In this document: in pieces, positions 34,075 to 46,562 of the stretch
Position numbering within the stretch: the first letter of the stretch is position 1
Layout of the letters: the number at the start of each line of letters is the position of its first letter
Assembly: GCA_965603825.1 (NCBI GenBank)
Contig: CBFDEM010000032.1
Location: forward strand, 744,001 to 808,000
Source: Blepharisma stoltei ATCC 30299
Lineage: Eukaryota > Protista > Ciliophora
Direction: 5' to 3'
Length of the DNA: 64,000 bases
Notes under the pieces: generated by a model
The model's database searches: none
Seen by the model: only the letters and a program-made list of their open reading frames with translations
What the model was told of the DNA's origin: nothing
Program-made: the position numbers and the translations under genes

Positions 34075-35823
34075 ATGTTAGAACAATACGAAGAAGCAGG
34101 GCTTTCCCTATTGCAGAAAGCTTGGTCTTTTAATATTTCCAAGCCAAATATTCATTATGATTTATATCTGAGCCTTCATAATGAGTCTAAAGATTTGGTG
34201 TCAACTTTTACGGGTATAGGAAACACAAATTCCTATAATTCTTTTCTCAGTTCTTTATCAGACACAGAAAAGCCTTCTCAGCTGCAAATTGATTTTTCGC
34301 CTCAGCCAAATACCTCTTGTCCTATTTTATCAATTTTTTCAATAGACGAAAAATTACAAAAAGAATTAGATTGAACTGAGAAACCAAATTTTTGCTTGAT
34401 TTTCTGGGGAAGCTGGTCAAATACATGCAAAAAATCGTTAGAAGAAATAGAAGGAATTTTAGAAAAAAATAAAGGAGAATGGGATGATATAGAAATTATT
34501 GGTATTTGTCTGGATGATAGTGCTGAAAGTGTGCCGAAACTGAAAAATGTGAAAAATTATTGAGCAAAAGGGTTTCAAGCGATAAGTGACCAAGGTCTTG
34601 AAATCAGCGAAATTCCTGCGTGTCTTTTTATTAGAAATGGGGTTATCATTGAAAAAAGAGATCCTACACAAAGCAGCTTTGAAAATGATATTAATTTTTT
34701 GAGGGGAGAAAAACCTCTGCAGCTAATCCCACACGAAGGCTTAGAAATTAGCTCCTTATCCATTATAGAAGAAAATGGAGGAAAGTCTAGTCTAAGCTTA
34801 GATTGGTCTGGATGGTATTATTTAGTTCTATTTTATGGGTGCTCAGAATCAGATTCTTTTATCAGACAGTTAAGAGAAATTCGGGACGAGCACGCACATT
34901 GGGAAGAAAAACTAAAAATTTTTGTTTTTTTTGACGAGCCAATCGTATCTAATGAAAATTATTTTGACATATTCTGCTTTGATGAAAATTCATTAGAAAT
35001 TGTAAGCAAGCCAGGATTGGTCCTTTTATTGAACGAAGGAAAAATACTATGAAAAGGAAGCACACATATAGAAAATATTGGCTCAAAGCTAAAATTCTGG
35101 CTTGACCCAGTGCCACAGTTAACAAACTCAGATTACGAGCTATCAAAAAAACAAGTAAAAAACTATATGGTGTCATGAAAAGAAAAATACCCCCACGCTC
35201 CATTTCCAAGCGTGCTGTTTACATTTTCCAAAGGGATATATTTGTTTCATTCAACACCAGAAACTCATTCAGTGACTCTTACAGGGAAATACTTGCAAAA
35301 ATACAAGCATCCAATAGAAGAATTTTTCAATTATTTATCCAGCATTTTTCCAGGCGCTAAAAATTATTCCCGTTATGATCCTGCACACCCAGAAATACAA
35401 AAAGGTATAAGCTGCTCATTTTGTAATGAAAATATTATTAAAAATCAATTTTTATGCCTGCTTTGTGAACCAAAAATTTATTTATGCCCAAACTGCGAAA
35501 GCCAAGGGCTGCATGTCCATCCTTTATATATTTTGACTGAAAATTCATCGGAGCTTGACGAAATCAGATGAGGGTATTGCAATGTCCTTCTCAGTGAAGA
35601 CCAAGATGGGGATTTACACAAAGGCGTTTGCTGTGATGGCAAATCCTCAGGCTGCTCTCAAGAAATAAGAGGCATAAGGTGAAAATGTGCCCACTGCCCT
35701 GATTATGACCTATGCAGCCCTTGCTTTTCATCTAATGACCCTCTCCATCTAGAAAGCTCATTATCAAAAGGCCATTATCCCTGGCATATTATGATGAAAA
35801 TTCCTTTAAAAATTATTTTATAA
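34075..35823 (+). CDS. Thioredoxin-like (SxxC) + ZZ zinc-finger protein, 582 aa
   Basis: Open with five TGA=W. FWGSWSNTCKK..IIGICLD (Trx fold); HKGVCCDG..C..IRGIR(W)KCAHCPDYDLCSPC (ZZ); a further CSFC..CLLC..CPNC..H cluster. Confidence 0.8.
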
Positions 35824-35853
35824 ATCCTTTTTCCTCTAATAAATTCGTTTATA

Positions 35854-36630
35854 TTAACAAAGGATCGGAACATCGCTCTTACGCTCCATTCCATCTGAAA
35901 TCGGCTGATACTCTCCACCAAGCATATCACTAATTCTTTTACTTATAACAACTCTATTTGTCTGGGATCCATCTCTCCTCTGTATTTCATTTTTAAACTT
36001 AAAAGCGCTTTTGAATTTTCTTTTTGTTTTCGCAAAATGCTCAGGTGTTAACGGGGGTAGTTTTGGCATTTTTCTTAAAGATTTTACAATTTCTGGGGTG
36101 TCACTACGGACGTAGTTTTGGGCTAACGGTTCAGGTGGGATTGATGGTGGGGACACTTCTCGGAGCTCAGGAGCCACAGCTTCTATAGCTGGGGTACGCA
36201 CCCTTGAGCTTATTTGAAAATCGGTCCCAAAACTTTCTTTATCTGTACAGGATTGAATAGAACTCGCGTCAAACGAAATCATGCTGCCTTTCTCTTTGAA
36301 GAAATCAGCTGACAGCTCTGCATCACTTAATTCAAAAGAAGTTTTTACAAACAGCTCATGGCGGTGCCTACGGTCAGTTTCCTGGATTTTTTCACTGATA
36401 TCTTCTATAGAAATTTGTGATAAATCTAAAGCATTTTCTTTATCTTTGTTTTCATTGTCATTTTCATTAGAAAGAGGCTGGCTTGACAGGTTAAAACTGA
36501 TTCCATTTAAAATCGACATAGACTGGACTTCTCTGACTGCCTGGGTGTCTGAGTTATCGCTTTTTGCACAAAAAAATATTTTTGCTAAAAATCCCTTTAA
36601 TTGTGTGCAACAGTTTAATTTGTCTTTCAT
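35854..36630 (-). CDS. Hypothetical low-complexity protein
   Basis: 258-aa ATG-TAA ORF. Confidence 0.7.
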   Translation of the reverse strand: MKDKLNCCTQLKGFLAKIFFCAKSDNSDTQAVREVQSMSILNGISFNLSSQPLSNENDNENKDKENALDLSQISIEDISEKIQETDRRHRHELFVKTSFELSDAELSADFFKEKGSMISFDASSIQSCTDKESFGTDFQISSRVRTPAIEAVAPELREVSPPSIPPEPLAQNYVRSDTPEIVKSLRKMPKLPPLTPEHFAKTKRKFKSAFKFKNEIQRRDGSQTNRVVISKRISDMLGGEYQPISDGMERKSDVPILC

Positions 36631-36692
36631 AATAATTTTAGAAGAAATTAACTATAAAGATTTATCAGAAAAATCGCTTTAGTTAGAAAGGA

Positions 36693-37580
36693 TTAAAGGA
36701 ACTCAAAGAGAGGACGTCCTTCTTGGTGAATAATTTTGAAGTTTAAAAACTTCATTGGATTTTGATATTCAGGAAATTTCGCTTCAAACTCGTCAATACC
36801 TACAAAGAACTTGTTCATTAAATCTTCAATTTCTGGGAACATCAGCTCTGAATCAGTCAAAATTTCTCTTACTATGTTCATTCTTCTGGTAGAATAAGCA
36901 GCCATAATAAAAGCTGCAATAGCTTGCTGTCTTGGGGTGTACTCTAGGGCATCATAGTAAAACTGCACAAGGTAAAGGATCAAAGTTGCGATGCCGCTTA
37001 TAAGGTTGTCTCTATCATATCTGTTTTTAAGGCAGCCCACAGTGTCGAGACAAGTCTGAATGTTCACTCTGAAAGACAAAACCTCCAAGATTTTGGCTTC
37101 CAGAGTCCGGATTTCTTCTTCGTTATAGTCTTTGAAGAGGATGTTTTCGTGGATTACTTTGAATTGCAAAGGAGAAACTTCATCAAACTTAGAAGCGATG
37201 AACAGACAAGTGATGCCGACCAAATGAAAATTGTCTTCGGTGTAGCCGCTGGTGAGTTTGAGAAAGGTATCTAAGAGTCTCACAGTTAAAAAAAATACAT
37301 TGTCACTGCACTCGAACGATGAAGTGACTTCAACAAGCCAATTGATAAGTCTGGTCCTCAGCCCAGTCGTTACTTCATGGCTCTTTAATGACTCTTTAGT
37401 TGACAGTTCAGTTGAGTCTTTAAAATGTTTAAGCAGAATCTCTGGAAGTGTTGTATTATAAAAGTTAGGGTCTATCGACACTAAAACAAGTCTACCATAG
37501 TTTCTCGGTTTCCTCACCCGAAGTAAAGGGAGGTTTTCCTTGTCTTGTTCATCGCTATTGTCAGAGTTAAATTCACTCAT
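36693..37580 (-). CDS. Cyclin (A/B-type cyclin box)
   Basis: LRTRLINWLVEV..LVGITCLFIASKFDEV..LEAKILEVL. Confidence 0.92.
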   Translation of the reverse strand: MSEFNSDNSDEQDKENLPLLRVRKPRNYGRLVLVSIDPNFYNTTLPEILLKHFKDSTELSTKESLKSHEVTTGLRTRLINWLVEVTSSFECSDNVFFLTVRLLDTFLKLTSGYTEDNFHLVGITCLFIASKFDEVSPLQFKVIHENILFKDYNEEEIRTLEAKILEVLSFRVNIQTCLDTVGCLKNRYDRDNLISGIATLILYLVQFYYDALEYTPRQQAIAAFIMAAYSTRRMNIVREILTDSELMFPEIEDLMNKFFVGIDEFEAKFPEYQNPMKFLNFKIIHQEGRPLFEFL

Positions 37581-37817
37581 ATCTTTATAAAAACAGTGAA
37601 AATTTTTCGCTATTTATAGACTGCGATATCCTAGGAGTGACATTAGCAAAGATTTGGCTAAAATCCCTATTAGACTTTAATGAATTATTTTCTAAAAGGT
37701 CTATATAGAAATTAATAAAATTAATTTTAAATAATTTTTAGAGGAGAAATTTATTAGAATTGGGCTGGATTGAATTTTTGTGTAGGAATTAGTTTATATT
37801 AGGCCTTGTTGATAAAA

Positions 37818-38534
37818 ATGGGATGCTGTGTTAATAAAGGCGCAGACCATGGCATGAGCTTTGACAGAGGGTCATACTTAGCTGAAGAGCTATGTAGAGA
37901 AGAAAAAATCATAATAGAAAATGAAAAACAGCTACAGTTTACACAAATCCAAAGCAAAGAAATAATAAGGTCAATCAAGTCCGAAGGACTTGATAACACT
38001 TTAAGTTTAGCTCAGCTGAAAAGGGCGTTTATTGATATTAATATCCCTGAGAGTGCATTTACAACCCCAGATGCTCCTTTGAGGAATCTTTTAGCAAAAG
38101 TAACAAATGATAAAAAATTGTATGAGCAGAGAAAATTAGTTTTGGTAGGAATTTTACTAGGAAAAGGCACACCACAAGAAAAATGTGAGTGACTATTCAG
38201 ACAGTATGATGACGACGCTTCTAGTATGATGGACCAAAACGAAGTAAACCTGATGCTCAATGACTTGATCGACGTAGCTGTAAACGTTCTCCCAAACGTT
38301 TCTAAGGGAGATGGGATTGGATTTTTAACAAAAGATGAGCTCGATGCATATAGAGATACCTTGTTAAGCGGAAAAGAAAAATTTATAGAGGAAATGATTA
38401 AATTGATTATGACTGAGAGAGAAATCATGCACGTTGAATTGGCAGCAAAAATGGCTGATACTTCAAATATACTGAATAAACTTTTATGGAGTTTTGGGAT
38501 TAGGACACTATTGAAAAAGCATTCAACTCATTAG
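37818..38534 (+). CDS. N-acylated EF-hand protein
   Basis: MGCC N-terminus; KCE(W=TGA)LFRQYDDDASSMMDQNE EF-hand of the recoverin/calcineurin-B style. Confidence 0.8.
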
Positions 38535-38733
38535 ATATGTTGATGAGGGGTACGAGATAAAGAATATAGTAAATATTATTAAGTTTAATATGTGACTCAA
38601 TAAAAGTCTTTAGGCTTTTGAGGATAATTTATATATTATTTTCTAATCAAATTATAGAATAATTTTTATTACCTAATTAATAAGCAGGATATAAAATTTA
38701 CCTTAGAGTTATTATTAATTAAAAAAACAAAAA

Positions 38734-39513
38734 TTAATGCCGACTTCTTCTCACCTTATTCGTGAATATATCCCTCGGAAATCGCAAAATTTTCATAGGA
38801 GAATAATTTTCATTTTTCGGAAAATTAGACGTTTCTTTCATTAATTCCTCAGCCTCGTTCATTCTGAACGTGAAAAGTAAATCCTCTTTTTTTGACGAAT
38901 TAAATTCAAATACCCTCGCCTTTGCAGCATTTGGCGATGATTTTTCACTTATTGACCGAGTTTTTTCATTTTTTATCATAGGAAATCTGCTTCTAGAAAT
39001 TCTTGGATAAAGGTGTTTATCCGCTTCAGAGAGGTTTTTTTGTTTTTTTATATTTTCTATTGTCTGCTTTTGGTTGCTAATTTGTTTTTTTATTTCGCTT
39101 TGCTCTTCTATAAGCTTCTTACATATATCGTTTAGGTAGTGAATCCTTTTACTAGGTGTTTGGTCATGTATTGTAGTATCATCAAAATTAAAATTTTTTA
39201 ATAAAGAATTTTCGTGAGGGATAAGATGCTTATGGTCTATTTTATGTATCCCTCTATAATGTTTTAAGTGAAGCCGCTCATCAAAACTCAAGTCGTGTAT
39301 ATTTGATGAAGGCGGATAATGTAAATTTTCTGGAGATCCATCATGGCTTAGGTAAAGTGGATTTATGAAGGATTCATCAATTAACTTGTTTTTAAGAGAT
39401 TTTTGAATAATTTTAGAATGCCTTTTTGAAGGCGCTGAATGAGGGAAGAAAGAAGTTTCTTGGAACTGCGAGTCTTTTTTAGGTTTTGGAGTGATATTTA
39501 AGTGGTTTTTCAT
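38734..39513 (-). CDS. Hypothetical protein
   Basis: 259-aa ATG-TAA ORF. Confidence 0.65.
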   Translation of the reverse strand: MKNHLNITPKPKKDSQFQETSFFPHSAPSKRHSKIIQKSLKNKLIDESFINPLYLSHDGSPENLHYPPSSNIHDLSFDERLHLKHYRGIHKIDHKHLIPHENSLLKNFNFDDTTIHDQTPSKRIHYLNDICKKLIEEQSEIKKQISNQKQTIENIKKQKNLSEADKHLYPRISRSRFPMIKNEKTRSISEKSSPNAAKARVFEFNSSKKEDLLFTFRMNEAEELMKETSNFPKNENYSPMKILRFPRDIFTNKVRRSRH

Positions 39514-39839
39514 TATGATTAATTTATATTTTTAAACTCCAGTCTGAGTTATATAGGATTAAGATATCATAAAGAAATCAAAAATGGTAAATATATAAAT
39601 GTGTGAAATTTTTAGTTCTTAAAAATATATATTTATAACGTTTGTTTTTAAGCCAAAATATATTTAATAATCAAGTATTTTAACAATAATTAATTTACTA
39701 TTAATTCTTTAATAAATTCCATTAAATTCTGTCTAACGGCAAATTGTAATACAAATCCCTTACAATTTCTCTAAATTTTTTTGCTAAAATTACTATTTAT
39801 TTCCTATTTCTCTAATCTTCAAAAATTATTTTCAAATAA

Positions 39840-42080
39840 ATGTACAACCAGCCTACATCTCAACAATGGCAACCTCCTACTTCTACAATGAGCCACTACA
39901 CAAATCCAAGTCCTCAAATGAACCCTTTTCCTACCTCCAATCCTTCTGCATTTTCTATACAAAATCGTCCCAACACCTCATCACTATACCCTCAAACTTC
40001 ATATACCCAATCTAATGCAAACCCATTTTCTGTCCAAACTACGCTTCCTTATAGCTCAACTGCAATGCAAACAAGCTATTCTTCCGGAGCCAGCACTTAT
40101 AGTAGTCAAACTACTCAAAATCGTTATGGTGGACTTGGATCATCTCTTTCTAATGGCGCCCCTCTGATTTCAGGAGAAAAATGCCCTGTAGATTTAGATG
40201 GCACAGGGAGTGTGTATGTATATCATATCGCAGCCCTTGCTAAAAATCAACAAAAACATATTGATGAAATGAGATATGAGGATTATAAATATAAAAGAAA
40301 CCCAATGGGAATGAATTCTCAGCCTTTTGGGAGCTCACAAATAAATAATCCATTTCAAAGCAACGCATACGGAAGCCGAATTGGGACGTCAGGAATGACA
40401 ACAGGGAGTTTTCAGCCCAACACAACGAATCCATTCTCTAATACAGGCCAATATGGAAATCCGTCAGTAAGCCAAGCACCTTATGGATCTCAACCGTCTC
40501 CATTCAGCATAAATAACAATACTTTTAGTACCACACCTTCAAGACTGCCAAGCACAGGAATAGGGAATTACAATCAGTTCGGGAACAACATAGCTCCAGC
40601 AGCCAATCCTTTTTCTTCAAATTTTGATATAAATCAAGGCCGCACAACGCCAAACCCATTCGCTGCAAGTCAGCCTTTCCAATTAGCAAGTTCTTCTAGA
40701 ATCAGCAGCCAAAACCCTTTTACGCCTTCATTTCCTTCAAATACAAGCACATCGTCTACAAATATGCAGAATCCTTATATGAATCCTTATCCATCCCCTC
40801 AGGGCTCTACAAGTAACCCTTTTATGAGCTCATACCAGCCCTATTCTCCTCCAATGTCTTCTTCAGGATTTTTTGTGAACCCTCCTTCTTTTAACCCTCC
40901 TATGAACTCATTGTATTCTCAAAGTACTAATTCAAGGCAAATAAATCCTTATATGAATTCTTCATTGGTTCCTCAAATGGGTGCTTTAATGGATGCTTTT
41001 AAAGACCCTCATGGGCTAAGTTGGCTATTTCCTGACGAAACTCCTGAAAATGTGCTGAAAATTCATCAGCAAAGAAAAAATGAAAAAAATGCGCCTGAGG
41101 CAGTTCCGCTGATAGATAGAATTGCGATGACAAAAAAGCAGCAGCCTTCTTATACAAATTCAAGAAGCATTAGTGATAAGTGAGCACCTGTGTCTCAATC
41201 AAAGAAATTTGAACTAAAACCTCTAAAAGAGATAACTACAAATGAGAATAATTGAAGAGAAAAAAAGCTTGAGCCATTTAAAATTGATATAAAACCCAAT
41301 TTTTCTAATGTAAGGCTTGAAGAATATAAAGATGATGATATAAACTGCTTTAAAATCATAGGCTCAAAAAAATCAGCTTCTAAGCTAGACACCAGCAACG
41401 ACGTCATTATTGTCCTTCACGAGCCAGAATTCATACGAATCCTCATCCCAGTAACCCGAACCACCACAATTTACGATCTAAAATCCCACATAACCCGACA
41501 AATAAAAATCCCTGAAAACACCCAAATCCAATTAGTATATAAATCAATGGTTCTAAAAGACAGCGACACAATTATTGATGCAGGCATCGGAAACCATGAA
41601 GAAATTTTAGCTGCTTTAAAAAAATTGTCCCCAGTAAAGCAATCTCACCTTGTACCAACCGAACTTTTGCCGAAATTAAATAAAGCTGGATACTCAATGA
41701 CCCCTCATATATGGGACATGGCAAATATGACTGAAGAAGAACTGTCAAAAATAACCAATTTTTCTATAGAAAACCAGTATGGAAAAATTATTTTTGATGG
41801 CGAAACTTCTGTGTTAAATTTAGATATAAATAATATCATAGAAATTGTGCAAAATTCTATTGATGTTTATCCAGAAAAAAGTAGTATAGAAAAACCACCT
41901 ATTGGAGAAGGGCTCAATAAGCCTGCAGAACTGCATTTGTATAACTGCAGGCCTGGGAAAGCTACAAGTACCGAAAAATTTGAAGAAAGATTGCACAGGA
42001 TTTGTGATAAAAGTGGCAGTGAATTTGTAAATTGGAATCCAAGCACCGGGGAGTGGGTTTTTAGGGTTCAAAATTTTTAA
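39840..42080 (+). CDS. NUP98: Nup98-like nucleoporin (NPF repeats, GLEBS, UBL insert, autoproteolytic-type domain)
   Basis: GLEBS-like HIAAL..KHIDEMRYEDY; C-terminal PKLNKAGYSMTP..KPPIGEGLNKPA..GEWVFRVQNF; two TGA=W (41181, 41253). Confidence 0.88.
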
Positions 42081-42094
42081 GTTAATTAATTAAT

Positions 42095-43459
42095 ATGGAA
42101 TTGATATTAGACCAACAAGCAGTTGCTATTATTCGCCAAGCATTTCAGTGCTGTGATATCGACGGAGATGGATTTATAAGTAAAAATGACTTAAAAATTT
42201 CTTCTGGAATAGAAGACGAGTCTGATATCGAGAAAATATTTTTTGCTATTAAAGACTCAACTGACAACAATCCTATCACTTTTGAAGAATTCAAAAAAGG
42301 GATCATGGATTTTCCGTTCTTATTAGAACAGTTTAAACAAGAATACACAGAAAAACCGAAAAAAAATAAAGTTAACGTCCCTAAACTAGTGATAAAAATT
42401 GACGAAGCTGAAGAAGAGTATATTTCTACAAGGGACAGCCCGACTTTTATGTTACAAAACGTTTTCACGTATTTTCAAAATGCTGTGAGAGAATTCTCGG
42501 AACAAATAAGCGCCCCTGAGCCTAGTGGGATTTCGAGAAGGAGTGATAGCTTGGATGAATGTCGACGCTTGCTTAACAATTTGTTAAGAAAACCTGAATT
42601 AAGGCAGCCAAACCCTCAGATTTCAGTAGTTAATGGTGCTTTATCACTGCTTGATTATATAGAATCAGAAAAAAGCAAGTTCCAAAATCAATTGGAGCAT
42701 TTGCAAAATGAAATAAATGACAAAAAAATTGCATTAAAAAATTCAGAAGTAAATAATGAAAGGCTAAAAACGAGAAATGAAGAATTGCTAGAAAACTTGT
42801 CGAAGCTTGAAAGCGAAAATAGCAGAAGATACGAAGACCATATAACAGCTGTAAAAGAAAAAAAATTGCTGCAAAACCAGCTAAGGAACAATGAAGCTAA
42901 AGCAAAAATGGAAATTGGGAATATACAGAACGTGATTGCAGAAAAAGAAAAAGCCATAAAAAATTTGGAAAAAGAAATTAATAGACTAAGATCATTTAAA
43001 ACGCTACAGGAGCTGACGTATCATAAAGATTTTTCGCCTGACCAAGTCAGGAAAAATAGAATAAGCACATATACCCCTAGAAATGTGATGACTTTTGTGT
43101 CACCGATTGGGTCACCTAAATATACAAAAAAACAAAAAAAATTCAATTTGGATGTGATAGCTCCTAATGAGCTGGAAAGAAAAACCAAGGAATTTAGAGA
43201 AAAAGAAATTGTTTATATTGGACAGATTGATAAGCTTACAAAAGAATTAAGCGCTATGAAAGAAAAAGAAGAAAATAAAAATTTTCCGAGCAATTCACAA
43301 AGAAATAGTTCGCTTCATGAAGATTTGGAGCTGCTAAAAGATATTCCTGGAATTGATGCATTTTCATTAAATTCCAGTAAAAATCCAAATACCCCGACAT
43401 ATGTGATAGATGAAGACCAAAAAATAAAAAAACGCAGATGCTGCGGGCTTTTTTGGTAA
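42095..43459 (+). CDS. EF-hand + coiled-coil protein with basic/Cys C-terminus
   Basis: DIDGDGFISKND and ITFEEF motifs; ends KKRRCCGLFW. Confidence 0.82.
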   Translation: MELILDQQAVAIIRQAFQCCDIDGDGFISKNDLKISSGIEDESDIEKIFFAIKDSTDNNPITFEEFKKGIMDFPFLLEQFKQEYTEKPKKNKVNVPKLVIKIDEAEEEYISTRDSPTFMLQNVFTYFQNAVREFSEQISAPEPSGISRRSDSLDECRRLLNNLLRKPELRQPNPQISVVNGALSLLDYIESEKSKFQNQLEHLQNEINDKKIALKNSEVNNERLKTRNEELLENLSKLESENSRRYEDHITAVKEKKLLQNQLRNNEAKAKMEIGNIQNVIAEKEKAIKNLEKEINRLRSFKTLQELTYHKDFSPDQVRKNRISTYTPRNVMTFVSPIGSPKYTKKQKKFNLDVIAPNELERKTKEFREKEIVYIGQIDKLTKELSAMKEKEENKNFPSNSQRNSSLHEDLELLKDIPGIDAFSLNSSKNPNTPTYVIDEDQKIKKRRCCGLFW

Positions 43460-43859
43460 TTAAACCTATTTATCTAATTTTTTTAATGTAAAAATGCTTG
43501 GATTAGTATTATATTTGAAAATAATAGTTTTTTAATGATAATTGAATTTAGACCTAAAATTGTATTAAGGAGGCTGTGAAATATAGGCATAGAAAATAAA
43601 TTGGAACGATTTTGGAAAAAATTGGTCCAGAACTATCCAATAACCTTTTAATTAAATTAAACCTAAAATTAATCTAAAAATCTTTAACATTTATTATTAT
43701 TTCGATTTGCATTCAAAATCTAAAATAAATCTTGTAAGAATTTTCATTAAAATTACATTAATCAATGATAAGTTAAGACATCGATCAATTATTTATATAA
43801 TTATTTAAAAGCTATTATGATAGAGAAAATCGAAAATTTATATCGTTGAATCATAAAAT

Positions 43860-46544
43860 ATGTCAAGCCCAATTAAGGTGGCTTCTTCAGAAAATAACAC
43901 GAACACTCATATAGAAAAAGCCCGAAATGCTTCAGCTCCAAAAAGTGCAATTTTAGACGAGAAATCTCCCACATCTAGAGAAATCTTACTCCAACATATT
44001 AAAGGGATTGGAAATACTAATCAGGCTAGATCATCTAAAACGCCATCACCAATGCTAAAGCAAGGTGAGTATGGTGTATTCAATATTGATTTAAGAAAAA
44101 AATCCATCGAGCCTTTAACACCCAAAGGTGCTGAAGAAGAAAACAATGAAGGAAAAGATAATCATGAAAAAAATTGAAATCTATTAACTGAGCTGCAAAA
44201 TCCAAACCGAGAAGGGTTTTTTACATTCAGAGGTGACCAAGATATTCAAAGTTCTAAAGAAGATCTCAAAAAAGAAGGAGTTTTAGTAATTTCAATTGAA
44301 GATGAAATAAATAAAGAGTCAATTGTAGAGCTCAGAAAAGAAATAATGAAAGAAAACAAGGCAGAAGAAGTAAAAGTTGAAAGCCATACGTCTGCAATTG
44401 ATTTTGTTAGGGGAAATCTCAAAAAAGATACATTACCAAAAGAAACTCCAAATAAACTATCTGAACCTATTAGCATTTTTGAAGAAAAACAGCCAAAGTT
44501 TATAGAAAAAGCTGAGCCACCTCTGCCAACCTTATACAGCTCAAATATTTCTCCCAAAACTAAAGAAAAGCCTATTTTAGAAATTCAAAAGCCGATACTA
44601 AACCTTGAGAAATCAATTGATCTTTCAATAGTTACCCAAGAAAGAAATAGGTCATCTTCCTCACATATCCAAAGTGCTGCAATGGCAAGTCAGCTGAAAC
44701 CAGCAAGCCAAAGATCAGTAACTCCTCAGCAAGAATTCCATCCTCCGTCTGTGCTAACTTTTGATGAATTTATGTCACAATGTGACCCAAATAGGTCTAG
44801 TTTTGCCTCTAATTCGCCTTTGACCAACTCTTTTATAGGCCAATCTCCTAAAGATTTTAACCCTCCAGCACCTCAACGTCCAGTAAAAAAATACGAAATA
44901 TTTAAAAAACAAGCCCAAGAAAAAGAAAAATTGATGATAAAAAGGAAAAAATCAATCATAAAAATCCAGGCACATATACGAGGATGGCTGTGTAGGCTGA
45001 GGGTGAAAAGGATAAAAGATAGATATAGAGAAACACAAAGATTATTGAGGATACGTGATGTGTGTGAAAGGATAAAAATATCATGGGCTCCTTATATAAT
45101 TTTAAAAGCTTTACAAAGGTGAGTAGAGATAAGGCGAAAAGAAAAATTAGAAGTTTATAATATGTTTGTGGAATATTCTGCAGTATTTATACAAAAGTTT
45201 TTTAGGGGATATTTAACTAGAAAAAAATGGTGGACGATTATTGAGGCAAGAATAAATGCGAAAAGTGTGATTTTATCACTCGTAAGAGCGTGAAAAACCA
45301 GGAAAATTTTAAAAACTAAAGAAATGAGGAATATTGAAATAGGAATAAAAGATATGACAAAACTTGCATCAGAATTCTCTAGCGAAGGAAATCCAAACAC
45401 TCTATTATCTAAAGTCCATCAGCAAATTCCTGCATTAAAAAGAAAATACATTCAGGAATTCCGTAAAATCTATAACCAAGGCTCATGGGTTTATTTGCCG
45501 CCTCTCTCCAAAATCCACACCCCTTATGATCCATCAACCCCAAAAAATGACAAACAAGGGCCAATAGTAAAAACTGAGTCTTTCAGACTGAGCCTAGAAA
45601 GAAGCAATAGTTCTTCATCTCCACAATATCCAAAAGAAAATTATGACTTTGATACGGACATTTATATACAGAAGGACAAAGAAATCTACTCTAGTCACTA
45701 TAGCAGAGAAGACCAGCCTATTAAGCCTCTACAAGTGACTTATAACCAAATAGCTGAACAAGGAGAAGACGCCATCGAGTCTATGACTGAAACAAAACCA
45801 GTCAAAAAATTTTCAAATTTTTTGAAAAGAGGGGAAAAGAAAAAATATGACCCACTAAAGAAGGCAAAAGAAAATAAAAATAGAAAATCAATTGAGGCGA
45901 AAAAAGAAGAAGAAAAAGTAGAAGAAAAGCCTATTGAAGAAAAAGTAGAAGAAAAACCTATTGAAGAAAAAACGATTGAGGCTCCAAAGGTGAATGAAAA
46001 AAGAACTAGAGGAAGAAAAAAGTCTCCAGAAGCACCTATTAAAGGGCTAGACAATGAAGAAATAGAAAAGAAAATAGAAGAAGATGTAAATAATGTAGAA
46101 GACCCAGAAGATACAAAAAGAAATACCACCCCACATTCCTATTTAAAAAGAAAATCCCAAACTTACAAACCTGCCACAAAAGTTGAATGAAAAGTCCAAA
46201 AACGAATCGATTGTTGGGGCTCTCCCAATGTCAACGAGCATATAGAAAAAAAGAAAAAGCCTATCGTCCCGTCAATCCAATTGGAAAAACAGGGCATCCC
46301 TATAGAAGACCTCGAAAGTATTTTTTCAGGAATCGCCAGAAACCATATAAATCCCAACTATTTTTTCAAAAATCGTGAGGTAAAGGACACAATAATTCCC
46401 CAATTTAACGAAAATTCTTATTTTATAACCCATTATAGTGATGATATATATCAAGACACCCTGAAAGTGCTGGATGACCATTATCAATATCTTTGCAATG
46501 AAGATGAATCTGTTTTGGATAGATCTTTAAATAATAATTATTAA
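43860..46544 (+). CDS. IQ-motif protein
   Basis: Four ORFs in one frame joined by TGA; IQAHIRGWLCR and IQKFFRGYLTR. Confidence 0.8.
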
Positions 46545-46562
46545 ATATAAAGAATTCAGTTT

